This document shows, piece after piece, positions 1 to 8,781 of a stretch of 28,615 bases of DNA. This DNA is from an uncultured archaeon (GTDB lineage Archaea > Asgardarchaeota > Thorarchaeia > Thorarchaeales > Thorarchaeaceae). The notes beneath the pieces were generated by a model. The model made no database searches, had not been told where the DNA came from, and worked only from the letters and a program-made list of their open reading frames with translations. Numbering within the stretch: position 1 is the first letter of the stretch; every line of letters starts with the position of its first letter. Where the stretch lies: assembly GCA_964631415.1 (NCBI GenBank), contig CAZVZC010000025.1, positions 1-28,615 on the forward strand, in the 5' to 3' direction. The position numbers were made by a program, and so were the translations under genes.

Positions 1-179
1 AACAGTTTCTTTGCAGGGATCATCGTCTTCTCGCCGCTCAGGACAAGGTCGCTCATTTTCTCGACCTTGTCGTACGTAAGCACGCCAGCTCTTCGGACGG
101 GACCATACGGTGCCCCGTACTTGGCTGTGCTCTCGAGGAAGACCTCGAGAAACTTATACTGCATCTTCATTATTCGCAC
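1..179 (-). CDS. hydB: N-terminal part of sulfhydrogenase / group 3b NiFe-hydrogenase beta subunit (HydB/AsrA-like 4Fe-4S protein), truncated by window edge
   Basis: Manual translation (not in ORF track): MRIMKMQYKFLEVFLESTAKYGAPYGPVRRAGVLTYDKVEKMSDLVLSGEKTMIPAKKL. Matches the HydB/AsrA N-terminal pattern FL..L...G..YAPV....T.+P.KK. GTG start preceded by AGGTG; alternative ATG at 170. Confidence 0.7.
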   Translation of the reverse strand, partial: MRIMKMQYKFLEVFLESTAKYGAPYGPVRRAGVLTYDKVEKMSDLVLSGEKTMIPAKKL

Positions 180-388
180 GTGACGACACCTGACCGTTTG
201 TGCATGAGATTGGGTGCCGTGCGGGACTTCGTGCCTTATTAAATCAAGTGTTGATTCTGATTGGAGGTCGAGCCGGATGTGCATCTTTCACTTTAGGGCA
301 GCCAACCCACATCGTTCTTGAACAGTCATGGCCAGTATCCGAAATCGTTCTCTCTGCAGAGATTCCTCTACGTGGTTGCGGATCCAGC

Positions 389-982
389 TCACTTCGACAC
401 AATGGCGTCTGTTGCCATCTGGTCAAACGTGGCAGCATTCATGCCTGCACGACGAGCTGCCGCCAGAACCTTGGGATGTGCCCGCACTTCACCTTTCTTT
501 TGTACTCCCGTCGCCACTATGGTGTCGACTATTCTCGCCCCAAGATAGTCCAGAGAATCAGTCAGCATGCCCACGGTGTGCCGTGCTATCTCTCGGCTGG
601 TTGCTCCGAGCGCGATTGTGATTACGACTGGTCGTCCCTTGAATTCAACCCTCTTTGCCCCATACCAGCAATCTAGAAAGACCTTGAACTGGGCAGTCGG
701 GCCCCACCAATAGACAGGTGTGCCCAGAACCCAGGCTTGACTGTTCTGCATTCGATCCAGAAGTCTTGGCATGTCGTCCTGCTGAACACACACTCCTTTG
801 CGGCACCTGTCACAGGCCTTGCAGGGTGAGATGTCCAGTTCGCTCAGTATCACTTTTTCTGTTGCTGCCCCCTTCTCTTCCGCACCTGCCAGCACCTCAT
901 CGACGAGGATCTCTGTGTTCCCACGTCTCCTCGGGCTGCCGACAATCCCCAGCACTCTGACAGAGACAGGTCGTTCAGTCAT
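389..982 (-). CDS. Iron-sulfur flavoprotein / NADPH-dependent FMN reductase (flavodoxin family)
   Basis: GSPRRRGNT FMN-binding loop, compact CxxCxxCxxxxC motif (CKACDRCRKGVC), QDDM and GTPVYW motifs. Confidence 0.9.
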   Translation of the reverse strand: MTERPVSVRVLGIVGSPRRRGNTEILVDEVLAGAEEKGAATEKVILSELDISPCKACDRCRKGVCVQQDDMPRLLDRMQNSQAWVLGTPVYWWGPTAQFKVFLDCWYGAKRVEFKGRPVVITIALGATSREIARHTVGMLTDSLDYLGARIVDTIVATGVQKKGEVRAHPKVLAAARRAGMNAATFDQMATDAIVSK

Positions 983-1103
983 ATTATCACGCCACGCAAC
1001 AACTGCTTACCCGTCTTGGGAAGGATAAATGCCTGTCTGGACTCTATGTTGGCCACAATCACATGGGAAGCATTCATATGCCATTCACAGGTGAGCGCGG
1101 TCA

Positions 1104-1637
1104 ATGGACGCCGCGGGATTGCTGAGCAAAGTCAAACAGGCAAGGGAGCTATTCACGGAAGGGCAAGCAAGCCACGACTCTTCTACTCTGGAAGAAGCTC
1201 TGAAGATTGCCCTTGAGATCCGCGAGTTCTTGGATATCAATGACACTTCTGAGATGCAGAACGAGATTGACCAGTTCGAGCATCTCGACATGGGTCTGAA
1301 CGCGTTCATCTTCAACTGCATGGAACTACTGGGTCACCACGACCGCATGCTACCGTTCTTAGAGCGAGGAATCCACTATCTTGACAATGAGCGGAATCCC
1401 GATTTGTGGCGTCAACTCGGACTGCTGTACCTCGTTCAGAAGAAGGACATCGACAAGGCATGTGCGGCCTGGACGAGAGCAATCCAGCTAGACCCGGCGA
1501 TTCTCGAGAAGTGCCCAGGCTTGAACTTAGTGCATGCCTACGAGGCGCTGAAGAAAGCCGGGAAGCGACCGAGATGGAAGCTGCTGCATGCTGACCTAAA
1601 AACGGGCGACTTTTCCGTCAGTATCGACAGTGACTGA
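1104..1637 (+). CDS. Tetratricopeptide-repeat protein
   Basis: TPR consensus in PDLWRQLGLLYLVQKKDIDKACAAWTRAIQLDP; otherwise helical. Confidence 0.75.
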   Translation: MDAAGLLSKVKQARELFTEGQASHDSSTLEEALKIALEIREFLDINDTSEMQNEIDQFEHLDMGLNAFIFNCMELLGHHDRMLPFLERGIHYLDNERNPDLWRQLGLLYLVQKKDIDKACAAWTRAIQLDPAILEKCPGLNLVHAYEALKKAGKRPRWKLLHADLKTGDFSVSIDSD

Positions 1638-1761
1638 GCAGGGCTGTCTTGCCTGAATCACTGCCGCAAACGGTGGTGATAGCGAGTGGTTGTATGTCTG
1701 TGGGCCCTTTTATCGTGTAGCACGGCACTGCACGTAGAATACAAGCAAAGGAAGGTATCGT

Positions 1762-2433
1762 ATGCAGCTGACTCCGGACATGGGTGTACTTGCGTATCTC
1801 TCGACTGTTGTGCTCTCTCTGGTCCTCTCTGTGTTCCTTCTTACGTTGTGGGCTAGGCAGAAGAACCATCTCTACACAGACTTGCCTCTTCTCTTTGGCG
1901 TGATGTTCATGGCTCAAGCATTCAACAGCGTCATCAGGACGCTGCCCACTCTCGGAGTACTGGAAGCGTCGCTCGACATCTTTCGGTTTCGAACACTTGT
2001 TATGTTGGGGTCCGTACTTCCTCTAGCCGTCATTGTCCTCTTCATCTGGTTGCCGAGGATTCGGAGCAAGTACGCACGTATGCTTGGTGTACTGACTCTC
2101 TACTGGGTTGCTGTGACACTGCTCGCACCATCAGAAGCGTTGATCATGATTCTCTGCATACCAATCATTCTAGTCCTCACGGTGGCCATGGTCGTGACCT
2201 TCTCGATAACTTGGAAGACAGGACGCCTTAGGGAAGTCAGGAGTGATCTCATGGTGCTATGCTTCGTCTTCGGTATCCTGAGTCAGTTGACCGCCAGTAT
2301 GGTGTTAGTCAACAATGCTCTCTGGGCACTAGGGACTGTCGCCGCGACATTGGCTCTGACAAATCCTTGGTACAGACGAAAGCAGTCCACCTCAACAAGG
2401 CTAGGCGAAGTCTATGGCAGTTGCGAGGCCTAA
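1762..2433 (+). CDS. Integral membrane protein, about 7 TM helices, no soluble output domain
   Basis: Seven hydrophobic segments separated by short basic loops (ARQKNH, PRIRSKY, KTGRLREVRSD). Confidence 0.8.
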   Translation: MQLTPDMGVLAYLSTVVLSLVLSVFLLTLWARQKNHLYTDLPLLFGVMFMAQAFNSVIRTLPTLGVLEASLDIFRFRTLVMLGSVLPLAVIVLFIWLPRIRSKYARMLGVLTLYWVAVTLLAPSEALIMILCIPIILVLTVAMVVTFSITWKTGRLREVRSDLMVLCFVFGILSQLTASMVLVNNALWALGTVAATLALTNPWYRRKQSTSTRLGEVYGSCEA

Positions 2434-2486
2434 GTTTATGGCACAGGCTCACTCTGTCGAATAACACCGTATGTCAGTATGCGATT

Positions 2487-2527
2487 GAAAAGAAGAAGAG
2501 AAGGGCAGAACCGAGGGCTCTCCCTTC
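2487..2527 (-). terminator. Hairpin plus pyrimidine tract downstream of SPFH gene
   Basis: GAAGGG(2500-2505)/CCCTTC(2522-2527) stem followed on the minus strand by TCTTCTTCTTTTC, 10 nt after the stop codon. Confidence 0.5.
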
Positions 2528-2536
2528 CTGCTGTGT

Positions 2537-3421
2537 TTATCCTACTTTGGTACCGCAATTGGGGCAGAACTTTGCACCTTGGAGGGCGGTGCCACAATTC
2601 GGGCAGAACTTCGCTCCTGCCGCTCCTGCTCCGGCTTGCCCGCTCTGCGGTCCACCTGAAACGGCTCCGCTTACAGCACCCATGAAACCCATGCCTGCAC
2701 CGAAGCCGGCACCAGGGCTCTTGCCGAGTGACTCAGCTGCACTCTTCATGGTTTCCATGCCTGCCAGATGAGAACCCTCAACCTTGCCGGTCTTGAGCCA
2801 GAAGAGTCTCTCACGGTACTGCTCGGTCGTGTCCATGCCTTCAAACTTGACGTCCACAAGCTCGAGTCCGAGTCGCTCGAAGTTCATGCGGACATTGGTC
2901 TTGACCTTGAGCGAGGTCTCATCGAGTTGCGTGAAGACCGTTTGCATATCGTAGTGAGCGAACTCGTCAATGATACGTTCGTTCATGAACGACCGCAGAT
3001 AGTCGTTGACCTTTGCAGTTGTGAATGCGTTCTGGTTACCGACGATCTCATTTGTGAAGATCTTCGGTTCCTTGATCTTGAACCAGAAGTTTCCGTGAAA
3101 CATCAGTGGAGCCAGGTCGCTCGTCTGTCCTCTGCCCCCGAACTTGCCTTGGAACTGGGAGCGTGAGACGAAGATGCAGGTTGCTTCAAAGACATCTCCC
3201 TTGATCTTCTTCTGCAACCAGCCGACCATCCCGGGCATACTGCTGGTAGTCAGCTTGTGGCGCCCTGCAATGAAAGTGTCGAGCGCTTTTCCGTCTCTGT
3301 AGAATATAGCAACCTGATTCTCCATGACAGTTAGCTGACTGCCCCACTTGACCCTGTTGTCGGGGAAGCGCCAGACGATATCGTCCGGGCTCGCGTTTGT
3401 CCACTCTATACTATCAGCCAT
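2537..3421 (-). CDS. SPFH (band 7) domain protein with C-terminal double zinc ribbon (YdjI-like)
   Basis: GSQLTVMENQVAIFYRDGKALDTFIAGRHKLTT SPFH N-terminus; Gly-rich GAGFGAGMGFMG linker; two FCPNCG repeats. Confidence 0.9.
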   Translation of the reverse strand: MADSIEWTNASPDDIVWRFPDNRVKWGSQLTVMENQVAIFYRDGKALDTFIAGRHKLTTSSMPGMVGWLQKKIKGDVFEATCIFVSRSQFQGKFGGRGQTSDLAPLMFHGNFWFKIKEPKIFTNEIVGNQNAFTTAKVNDYLRSFMNERIIDEFAHYDMQTVFTQLDETSLKVKTNVRMNFERLGLELVDVKFEGMDTTEQYRERLFWLKTGKVEGSHLAGMETMKSAAESLGKSPGAGFGAGMGFMGAVSGAVSGGPQSGQAGAGAAGAKFCPNCGTALQGAKFCPNCGTKVG

Positions 3422-3553
3422 GCTTCTTACACCCGTAGTGTGTTCGAGTATTGCGGCCTAATCGCTGTAATCCGTTTTAAAGATTGACATGTTCTGGTCC
3501 GCACTCGTCATAGTCAACCACGAGGTCGACACTGTATTGCGTGTAGAGCCCAC

Positions 3554-3562
3554 TATATAAAA
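3554..3562 (+). promoter_or_regulatory. TATA box for the 3594 gene
   Basis: TATATAAAA about 32 nt upstream of the TTG start. Confidence 0.5.
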
Positions 3563-3593
3563 GGAAGGTCGCGCACGGGAAGTCGAAAGAACG

Positions 3594-4049
3594 TTGTCAG
3601 AAGACCAGCCGCAGTCCACGGGTCAGGGCCAACGTGGAAACGACAAAAGTGCGCCAGCCAAGAGACCGTTCAACCCCCTCGGATCCTACTTCTACATTAT
3701 CGGCCTGACCATGGCAGCGTACGCCATGTTCTACATGTTCGGATACGTGCTACTGATCATCATCATGCTCTACTTCCAGGTGAGCATCTTCAGAGAGGTT
3801 TCCCATATTCTCGCAAGCTTTGGCCAAGGCTTTCCGAGGAAGGCTGCCTATTTCAATGCCGGCCATTCTGCCGTGTTCTTTGTAATCTTGACGCTCAACG
3901 GCTACACGACTATTCAGTTCGGCCTTCCGCTCATCCTCCCAGAGATTGGCGGTCTGACACTGGCTTGCCCGCTGTTTATCATGATGGCTCTTCTGGGATG
4001 TAGGAACATCAGGTCGATGTACGTTCCGGCTCCAGCGGCACAGTCATGA
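3594..4049 (+). CDS. Hypothetical small membrane protein (3-4 TM)
   Basis: Polar N-terminus followed by hydrophobic aromatic-rich segments; TATA box upstream. Confidence 0.7.
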   Translation: MSEDQPQSTGQGQRGNDKSAPAKRPFNPLGSYFYIIGLTMAAYAMFYMFGYVLLIIIMLYFQVSIFREVSHILASFGQGFPRKAAYFNAGHSAVFFVILTLNGYTTIQFGLPLILPEIGGLTLACPLFIMMALLGCRNIRSMYVPAPAAQS

Positions 4050-4075
4050 CAGTTGCGTCGTCGTTCAAGCTCTGC

Positions 4076-4831
4076 TCATATCTTGAGGGTCATGAGGTCC
4101 CTGCCCATAGCCACGTCAATGCCCGTGTCCTGGCCAATAATCGATGCGACCCTGCTTTCACTGGACACCACCTCCGGCGAGAGATGGGATATTATGACCT
4201 TCTTGGGTCTAGTTTCCTCCACGATTCGGGCGAGCTCACTGGGTGCTGTGTGAACACCCTCGGGGTGTTTTCCATCAAGCCACATGCACTCGTGGATGAG
4301 AAGATCAGTACCCCTAATGAGTTCCATCACATCCTTGCTCGGAGCGGTGTCGGATGAGTACACGAACGAGTGGTCTTTGTGTTCCACTCTGACGGCTCGA
4401 CTATCCACCGTTCCATGCTTACTCTTGCAGCATCTGATGGTGAGCGTTCCAACTTGCACAGTGTCCAGTTGTTTCAGCGGTGTGACCTCTACTGGCACTC
4501 TACCCTTCAGGTATGGGTAGATCTTGTCATTGAACTCCGCGAACCACTCATCTACATTTGATGGCCCGAACAGGTGAAGGATCTTGTCGAACCCGGACAT
4601 CATGAGGGTCTGATATAGAGTCATGAAGTCCGAGCAGTGATCGACGTGGAAGTGACTTATGAGGACAGAATCAATCGACTTCACGTCGGCTCCAGTCTGG
4701 ACCAGCCTGTGAAGTACGCCGGATCCGACATCCAGAAGCATGAGCTTTCGATCCTGCTCTACCAAGATGCCTGACTGTACTCGTTCGGGGTCTGGGTATG
4801 AGGTGCCTGTGCCAAGCAGCGTAATCTTCAT
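4076..4831 (-). CDS. MBL-fold metallo-hydrolase, ribonuclease Z/BN-like
   Basis: LLGTG, DVGSG, SHFHVDH (HxHxDH), YSSDT, LLIHEC, H-T and SH motifs; the tRNA-binding arm looks short or absent. Confidence 0.85.
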   Translation of the reverse strand: MKITLLGTGTSYPDPERVQSGILVEQDRKLMLLDVGSGVLHRLVQTGADVKSIDSVLISHFHVDHCSDFMTLYQTLMMSGFDKILHLFGPSNVDEWFAEFNDKIYPYLKGRVPVEVTPLKQLDTVQVGTLTIRCCKSKHGTVDSRAVRVEHKDHSFVYSSDTAPSKDVMELIRGTDLLIHECMWLDGKHPEGVHTAPSELARIVEETRPKKVIISHLSPEVVSSESRVASIIGQDTGIDVAMGRDLMTLKI

Positions 4832-4967
4832 GGTTATCGCTTGGGCTATCGGGTCAGAGAGCTAATCAGTCTTCTCCCAGACATGCTCTGAAGATACGCA
4901 ACTAGGGGGCAGCGAGGTGTCTGGGTTTCTCAGTCACCGATGTCATCCTTTGCGGGATTTCATGAAG

Positions 4968-5360
4968 TCAGTAATTGACCCCCTGACCTGTTACTCTGGG
5001 TACAATCAGATAGTCCATTGTGTTAACAAAGAGCCTGAGGTCGCGTAGAATCCTCGCATGCTGAAGGTGTGGTTCTCTCAACTTTTGATGCAGGTCCCAG
5101 CATGTGATGTCCTTGAGCACCCTGAGCAGTGGTACTGAACCAACAGATACCGCGCCCTGTTGAACACTCCTCCATAGGTCATCGACAGACTCGACCAAGG
5201 TTCTGAGATGATCGAGCAGTAGCGCTCGATCTATCCCGGCATGCATGTCCTCATCGACAAGCGTCTGCATCTCGACCAGAGTCTTCCGAGCCTGCATACA
5301 GCAGTATGGGACACGATGAGCGTGCTCGCTTTTGGGTAAGTTCAGAATGCGCTGAGTCAC
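4968..5360 (-). CDS. Hypothetical helical protein
   Basis: 130-aa ORF filling the gap, amphipathic helices, TTAAATA TATA-like box at 5394-5400 on the minus strand. Confidence 0.6.
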   Translation of the reverse strand: MTQRILNLPKSEHAHRVPYCCMQARKTLVEMQTLVDEDMHAGIDRALLLDHLRTLVESVDDLWRSVQQGAVSVGSVPLLRVLKDITCWDLHQKLREPHLQHARILRDLRLFVNTMDYLIVPRVTGQGVNY

Positions 5361-5432
5361 GGCTGTCTGCCATAACTGTAGATTGCAGTGTGGTATTTAA
5401 CCCCGCCCCGCAATGCAGTCAACCAACGAGGG

Positions 5433-5933
5433 CTAGCCACGCTCTTTGATGGAGCGAGCTTGTTTGAGGCGGTAGACGAAGATGACTTGATTGTTATGCC
5501 AGCTTAGGTAGTGGGATGCGAAACCACTGATTTGGAAACCGCATGCCAAATAGAATGCCTGAGCATAGTCCATGAAATCGCCGGTGTCCACTCGAATGAT
5601 ATCCATGTCTGGGCGATCTTCTCCAATCCTCTTGATGTGGTCAATCATGAGTCTGCCAATTCCAAGCCTCAGATGATTGTGCTCTGTGATGATTGACTCG
5701 ATGATGAGCGCTCTCCAATCAAATCTGACTGCGGCGTACCCGACAGTTTCTGCCGTTGCCTCCTCAGAGGCGACGAGAATCCTCCCCAAGTCAGGTGACT
5801 CATGGAAGGCGCGTATTACTCTTCTCTCGTGGTCAAGGAAGTCACGGCCGAAGTTCTGTGCGGTTAGGATAATCTCTTCGACCTGCTTCAGGTTTCTTGG
5901 GGTATAGTCTCTCACCCGAATGCCTAATGTCAT
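5433..5933 (-). CDS. GNAT family N-acetyltransferase
   Basis: Motif A HLRLGIGRLMI, motif B AQAFYLACGF. Confidence 0.9.
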   Translation of the reverse strand: MTLGIRVRDYTPRNLKQVEEIILTAQNFGRDFLDHERRVIRAFHESPDLGRILVASEEATAETVGYAAVRFDWRALIIESIITEHNHLRLGIGRLMIDHIKRIGEDRPDMDIIRVDTGDFMDYAQAFYLACGFQISGFASHYLSWHNNQVIFVYRLKQARSIKERG

Positions 5934-5950
5934 CTTGCCACCCGCGTTAG

Positions 5951-5996
5951 AAAGAGGGGAAAAGAAAACTAGGAAGAACGGGTGGGGACCCGTTCT
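5951..5996 (-). terminator. Hairpin plus U-rich tract downstream of the 6028-6588 gene
   Basis: Perfect 9-bp stem AGAACGGGT(5975-5983)/ACCCGTTCT(5988-5996), followed on the minus strand by TCCTAGTTTTCTTTTCCCCTCTTT. Confidence 0.6.
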
Positions 5997-6027
5997 CTTC
6001 AGTTGCAGTATCCAGCCCGAACAGGAC

Positions 6028-6588
6028 TTACTCTTGGTAGCCCTTCATGAAACCTTCGCGCTGGTTCCATTTCTCTTCAAGGCGCTGCATGATCTGCCAC
6101 AGTCTGTACGTGTAGTTCCATGCATCATCGAACTTGCCTTCGTTCATCTTCTCTGTGAACTCTTCTACGACATCGTTGATTGCACCGATGTCATCGACGA
6201 GCACGGAGTCGAACTGGTACATCTTGTCAAGTTCCTTCTCGTTAATCTTCTCCTTGGAGCCCCATCCCGCGTATCCGTAGTCAGCGTATCGCATTGCAGA
6301 CTCGATCTTGTCGGTCAGAGCTAGCATCCTGTCGAACGTTTCCCAGGTCTTTGTAAGGTTGTAGTCAACCATCATGGCCTGGAGCTTCTCAATGTCCTGC
6401 TTGACCAACCGAAGCTGATCAGCTAGGAATTCTCGAAGGACCTTGTCAGCGGAGCGGCGTTCATCCTTCTCCTGGTATCCATGCCACCCAGGGATGTAGT
6501 GCGTGATCTTACCCATGACGCCACCTTTGATGTCCTTGGCTGCTTTCTTTCGAATTCGTGTAGCAATGGGTTCGGTTATCTTGCCCAA
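6028..6588 (-). CDS. Conserved hypothetical all-helical protein (IPGxxGY.EK..RR.AD..LR family)
   Basis: 186-aa ORF, coiled-coil character, motifs IPGWHGYQEKDERRSADKVLRE and RYADYGYAG; own TATA-like box and 3' hairpin. Confidence 0.8.
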   Translation of the reverse strand: MGKITEPIATRIRKKAAKDIKGGVMGKITHYIPGWHGYQEKDERRSADKVLREFLADQLRLVKQDIEKLQAMMVDYNLTKTWETFDRMLALTDKIESAMRYADYGYAGWGSKEKINEKELDKMYQFDSVLVDDIGAINDVVEEFTEKMNEGKFDDAWNYTYRLWQIMQRLEEKWNQREGFMKGYQE

Positions 6589-6767
6589 CTGTGCTTTCTC
6601 CTCATGCGTTGAACAACCCCTCTATGGCACATGACCGGGGGTTGACCTTAGGAAAAGGTAACAACGATTCCTTAAAAACAATCTCTCTCTAGTCTCCTCT
6701 GAATCGTGCCCTCTGACTGAGAGAACCAAGCACGAACCCAAGTGCACTGCAAAAGGAGATGGTGCGT

Positions 6768-6792
6768 GCGAGGCATCGCAAAGACGCCTCGC
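6768..6792 (-). terminator. 3' hairpin after mat
   Basis: Minus strand GCGAGGCGUC-UUUGC-GAUGCCUCGC, a 10-bp stem with one G.U pair, 21 nt after the stop. Confidence 0.5.
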
Positions 6793-6813
6793 TAGGCTAA
6801 TCAGAGTAAAGCT

Positions 6814-8019
6814 CTACCAGAGCTGATACTCGCGCTTTACGAAACCTTTCCAGACATGAGGAAGCTTTGCGATGACCTCCTCACAGATGCTTTTGACAGA
6901 ACCTTTGATGGAGGTCAGATTCACGTTTCCGAATAGCTCGATGTTCACTGCTCTGGGCTCAGTTATTGGCGCACCTATCTGGCTCACGAGGTAGCAGTAG
7001 ACCTGCTTCAGGTCCGGGTGTTCCTCTGTTATTCGTTGGACAATCTCTCTGGCAGCCACATTGTAGGTCTTTCCAACATGTGAAACTGGGTTCTTGCCTG
7101 CGGCCGCTTCAAGCGTCATTGGTCTATAGGGTGTGATTAGACCGTTCGCCCTGTTCCCTCGGCCCACCTGCCCGTCGTCACCGTGCTCAGCAGAGGTGCC
7201 TGTCACTGTGAGGTAGTACAACCCCTTTGATGGGTCATCTGCAGTGTTGACGCTGACTGTCACAGGCATGTCCGTTGTCTTGGCACCAAGATCTAAGAGC
7301 ATGTCCTTAATTGCCTGCATCACGTTCGCATACTCGTTTGCGTCCTGCGTTTCGGTTGAGATCACTGCCGCAGCAATCTGAAGGTGAATCTCCTTCCCTA
7401 CTCTGGTTCCCATGACCTTGATGTCTTCTCCTATCTGAGGCCACTTCTTCTTGGTCGCTGGAGCATTCAGCAGATGCTCAGCCTCGAGAACCAGCTTCTC
7501 AGTGGGAGACAGTGGGGCATATCCGACACCAAAGCTGGTGTCATTCGATCTTGGCACCTCTACGCCTGCGTCGAAGTTGCCAACAAGGTCTGTACTACCA
7601 GAACGTATCTTGTAGTCGATGATCAGATCAGAATTCACGTCAAGATGGGGCAAGTCCTTGCTCATCCATTCACGTGTGTGTTCGATGGCGAACTTACCGA
7701 CGGGCACCTGCCGCGTGTAGTCCTTCCCAACCACATCGACGGCACGACCACTCATCAGAATGTATATTGGTTCGATGACGTCTCCGGCGCCGAACCGGAC
7801 GTTCGACAGACCACCGGCAAGTAGAACCTTGTCGACGTTGTGATGCTGCACTCTGCCGAAAGTTTCAAGATAATACTCACTTAGGCGTATCGACAGCTCC
7901 TCGGCTGCCTTATCACACAGAGTGTCAGGGTGACCTTTGCCCTTTCTTTCAACAATCTCTACGCGTCGGTCCGGTACGCAGAGGCCTTCTCCCCTAGTGA
8001 CTTCAAGGTTCAGTCCCAT
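6814..8019 (-). CDS. mat: S-adenosylmethionine synthetase, archaeal type
   Basis: VEIVERKGKGHPDTLCD, HHNVDK, SNDTSFGVGYAPLS, GEDIKVMG, YLTVTGTSAEHGDDGQVGRGNR, AAGKNPVSHVGK. ATG at 8019; alternative TTG at 8028. Confidence 0.97.
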   Translation of the reverse strand: MGLNLEVTRGEGLCVPDRRVEIVERKGKGHPDTLCDKAAEELSIRLSEYYLETFGRVQHHNVDKVLLAGGLSNVRFGAGDVIEPIYILMSGRAVDVVGKDYTRQVPVGKFAIEHTREWMSKDLPHLDVNSDLIIDYKIRSGSTDLVGNFDAGVEVPRSNDTSFGVGYAPLSPTEKLVLEAEHLLNAPATKKKWPQIGEDIKVMGTRVGKEIHLQIAAAVISTETQDANEYANVMQAIKDMLLDLGAKTTDMPVTVSVNTADDPSKGLYYLTVTGTSAEHGDDGQVGRGNRANGLITPYRPMTLEAAAGKNPVSHVGKTYNVAAREIVQRITEEHPDLKQVYCYLVSQIGAPITEPRAVNIELFGNVNLTSIKGSVKSICEEVIAKLPHVWKGFVKREYQLW

Positions 8020-8158
8020 TGTTCTCAACTCAATTGCTTTTCCGCGTCTGGCCGATGAAAGTTCTTAAATAGCTTCTTATTATGCGAGCTTTTTTATTAC
8101 CAAGGGTAATCAATGATACTACCTAGATGACCGAGAGGAATGACGGAGCTGGTCGATT

Positions 8159-8716
8159 ATGATGATGACATCTGGACAACTGACCACCATGAGACGTGAG
8201 AATGGGATGACTCAGGGAGAGCTCGCCAAGGCGGTGGGGGTTTCGCAGTCGTACATAGCTCGGATTGAGTCGGGTACACTCGATCCCAAGTTGTCAGTTG
8301 TGAACAGAATCGTTGAAACTCTAAGCAAGCGCAAGGGTTTCACGTGTGGCGACATCATGACACCAGACCCGGTGTCAGTCGATGCTCGTGACTCGGTGTC
8401 GACAGCGATACCGATAATGAGAAGACGCGGATTCTCGCAACTTCCCGTTGTCAGGAGCGGCAGAGTTGTAGGGATCGTGACCGAACGCGATATCATTCGT
8501 CACCTTGGTAGGGACCTCACGCAGATCTCTGTTCAGGCAGTCATGGATCCGGTTTCACCACCCATGTTTGACGAAAAGACTCCTCTCAAATCAATCCTCA
8601 CACTTTTCGATTCCTTCCAGGCCGTCTTGGTTCAAAAACAGGGACGGCTCACTGGTGTCGTGACCCGGGCGGACGCACTGAAGTCTGCAATGAGGCCTGA
8701 GCCGTCAAAATCCTAG
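8159..8716 (+). CDS. Transcriptional regulator, XRE-type HTH plus tandem CBS domains
   Basis: TQGELAKAVGVSQSYIARIESG HTH; CBS motifs FSQLPVV..GRVVGIVTE and LTGVVTRAD. Confidence 0.92.
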   Translation: MMMTSGQLTTMRRENGMTQGELAKAVGVSQSYIARIESGTLDPKLSVVNRIVETLSKRKGFTCGDIMTPDPVSVDARDSVSTAIPIMRRRGFSQLPVVRSGRVVGIVTERDIIRHLGRDLTQISVQAVMDPVSPPMFDEKTPLKSILTLFDSFQAVLVQKQGRLTGVVTRADALKSAMRPEPSKS

Positions 8717-8781
8717 TTTAAACGCATGTCCTCGCAGAAGTAGTTATAAGCCATAGTAGGGAAGACTCTTCGGAGAGAACC

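Noticed and set aside
2550-2612. Short DNA repeat CAATT.GGGCAGAACTT
   Set aside because: Explained by the duplicated AKFCPNCG zinc-ribbon motif of the SPFH protein
8020-8158. SAM riboswitch upstream of mat
   Set aside because: A TATA-like box lies about 35-45 nt from the start, leaving no room, and no SAM aptamer consensus is visible
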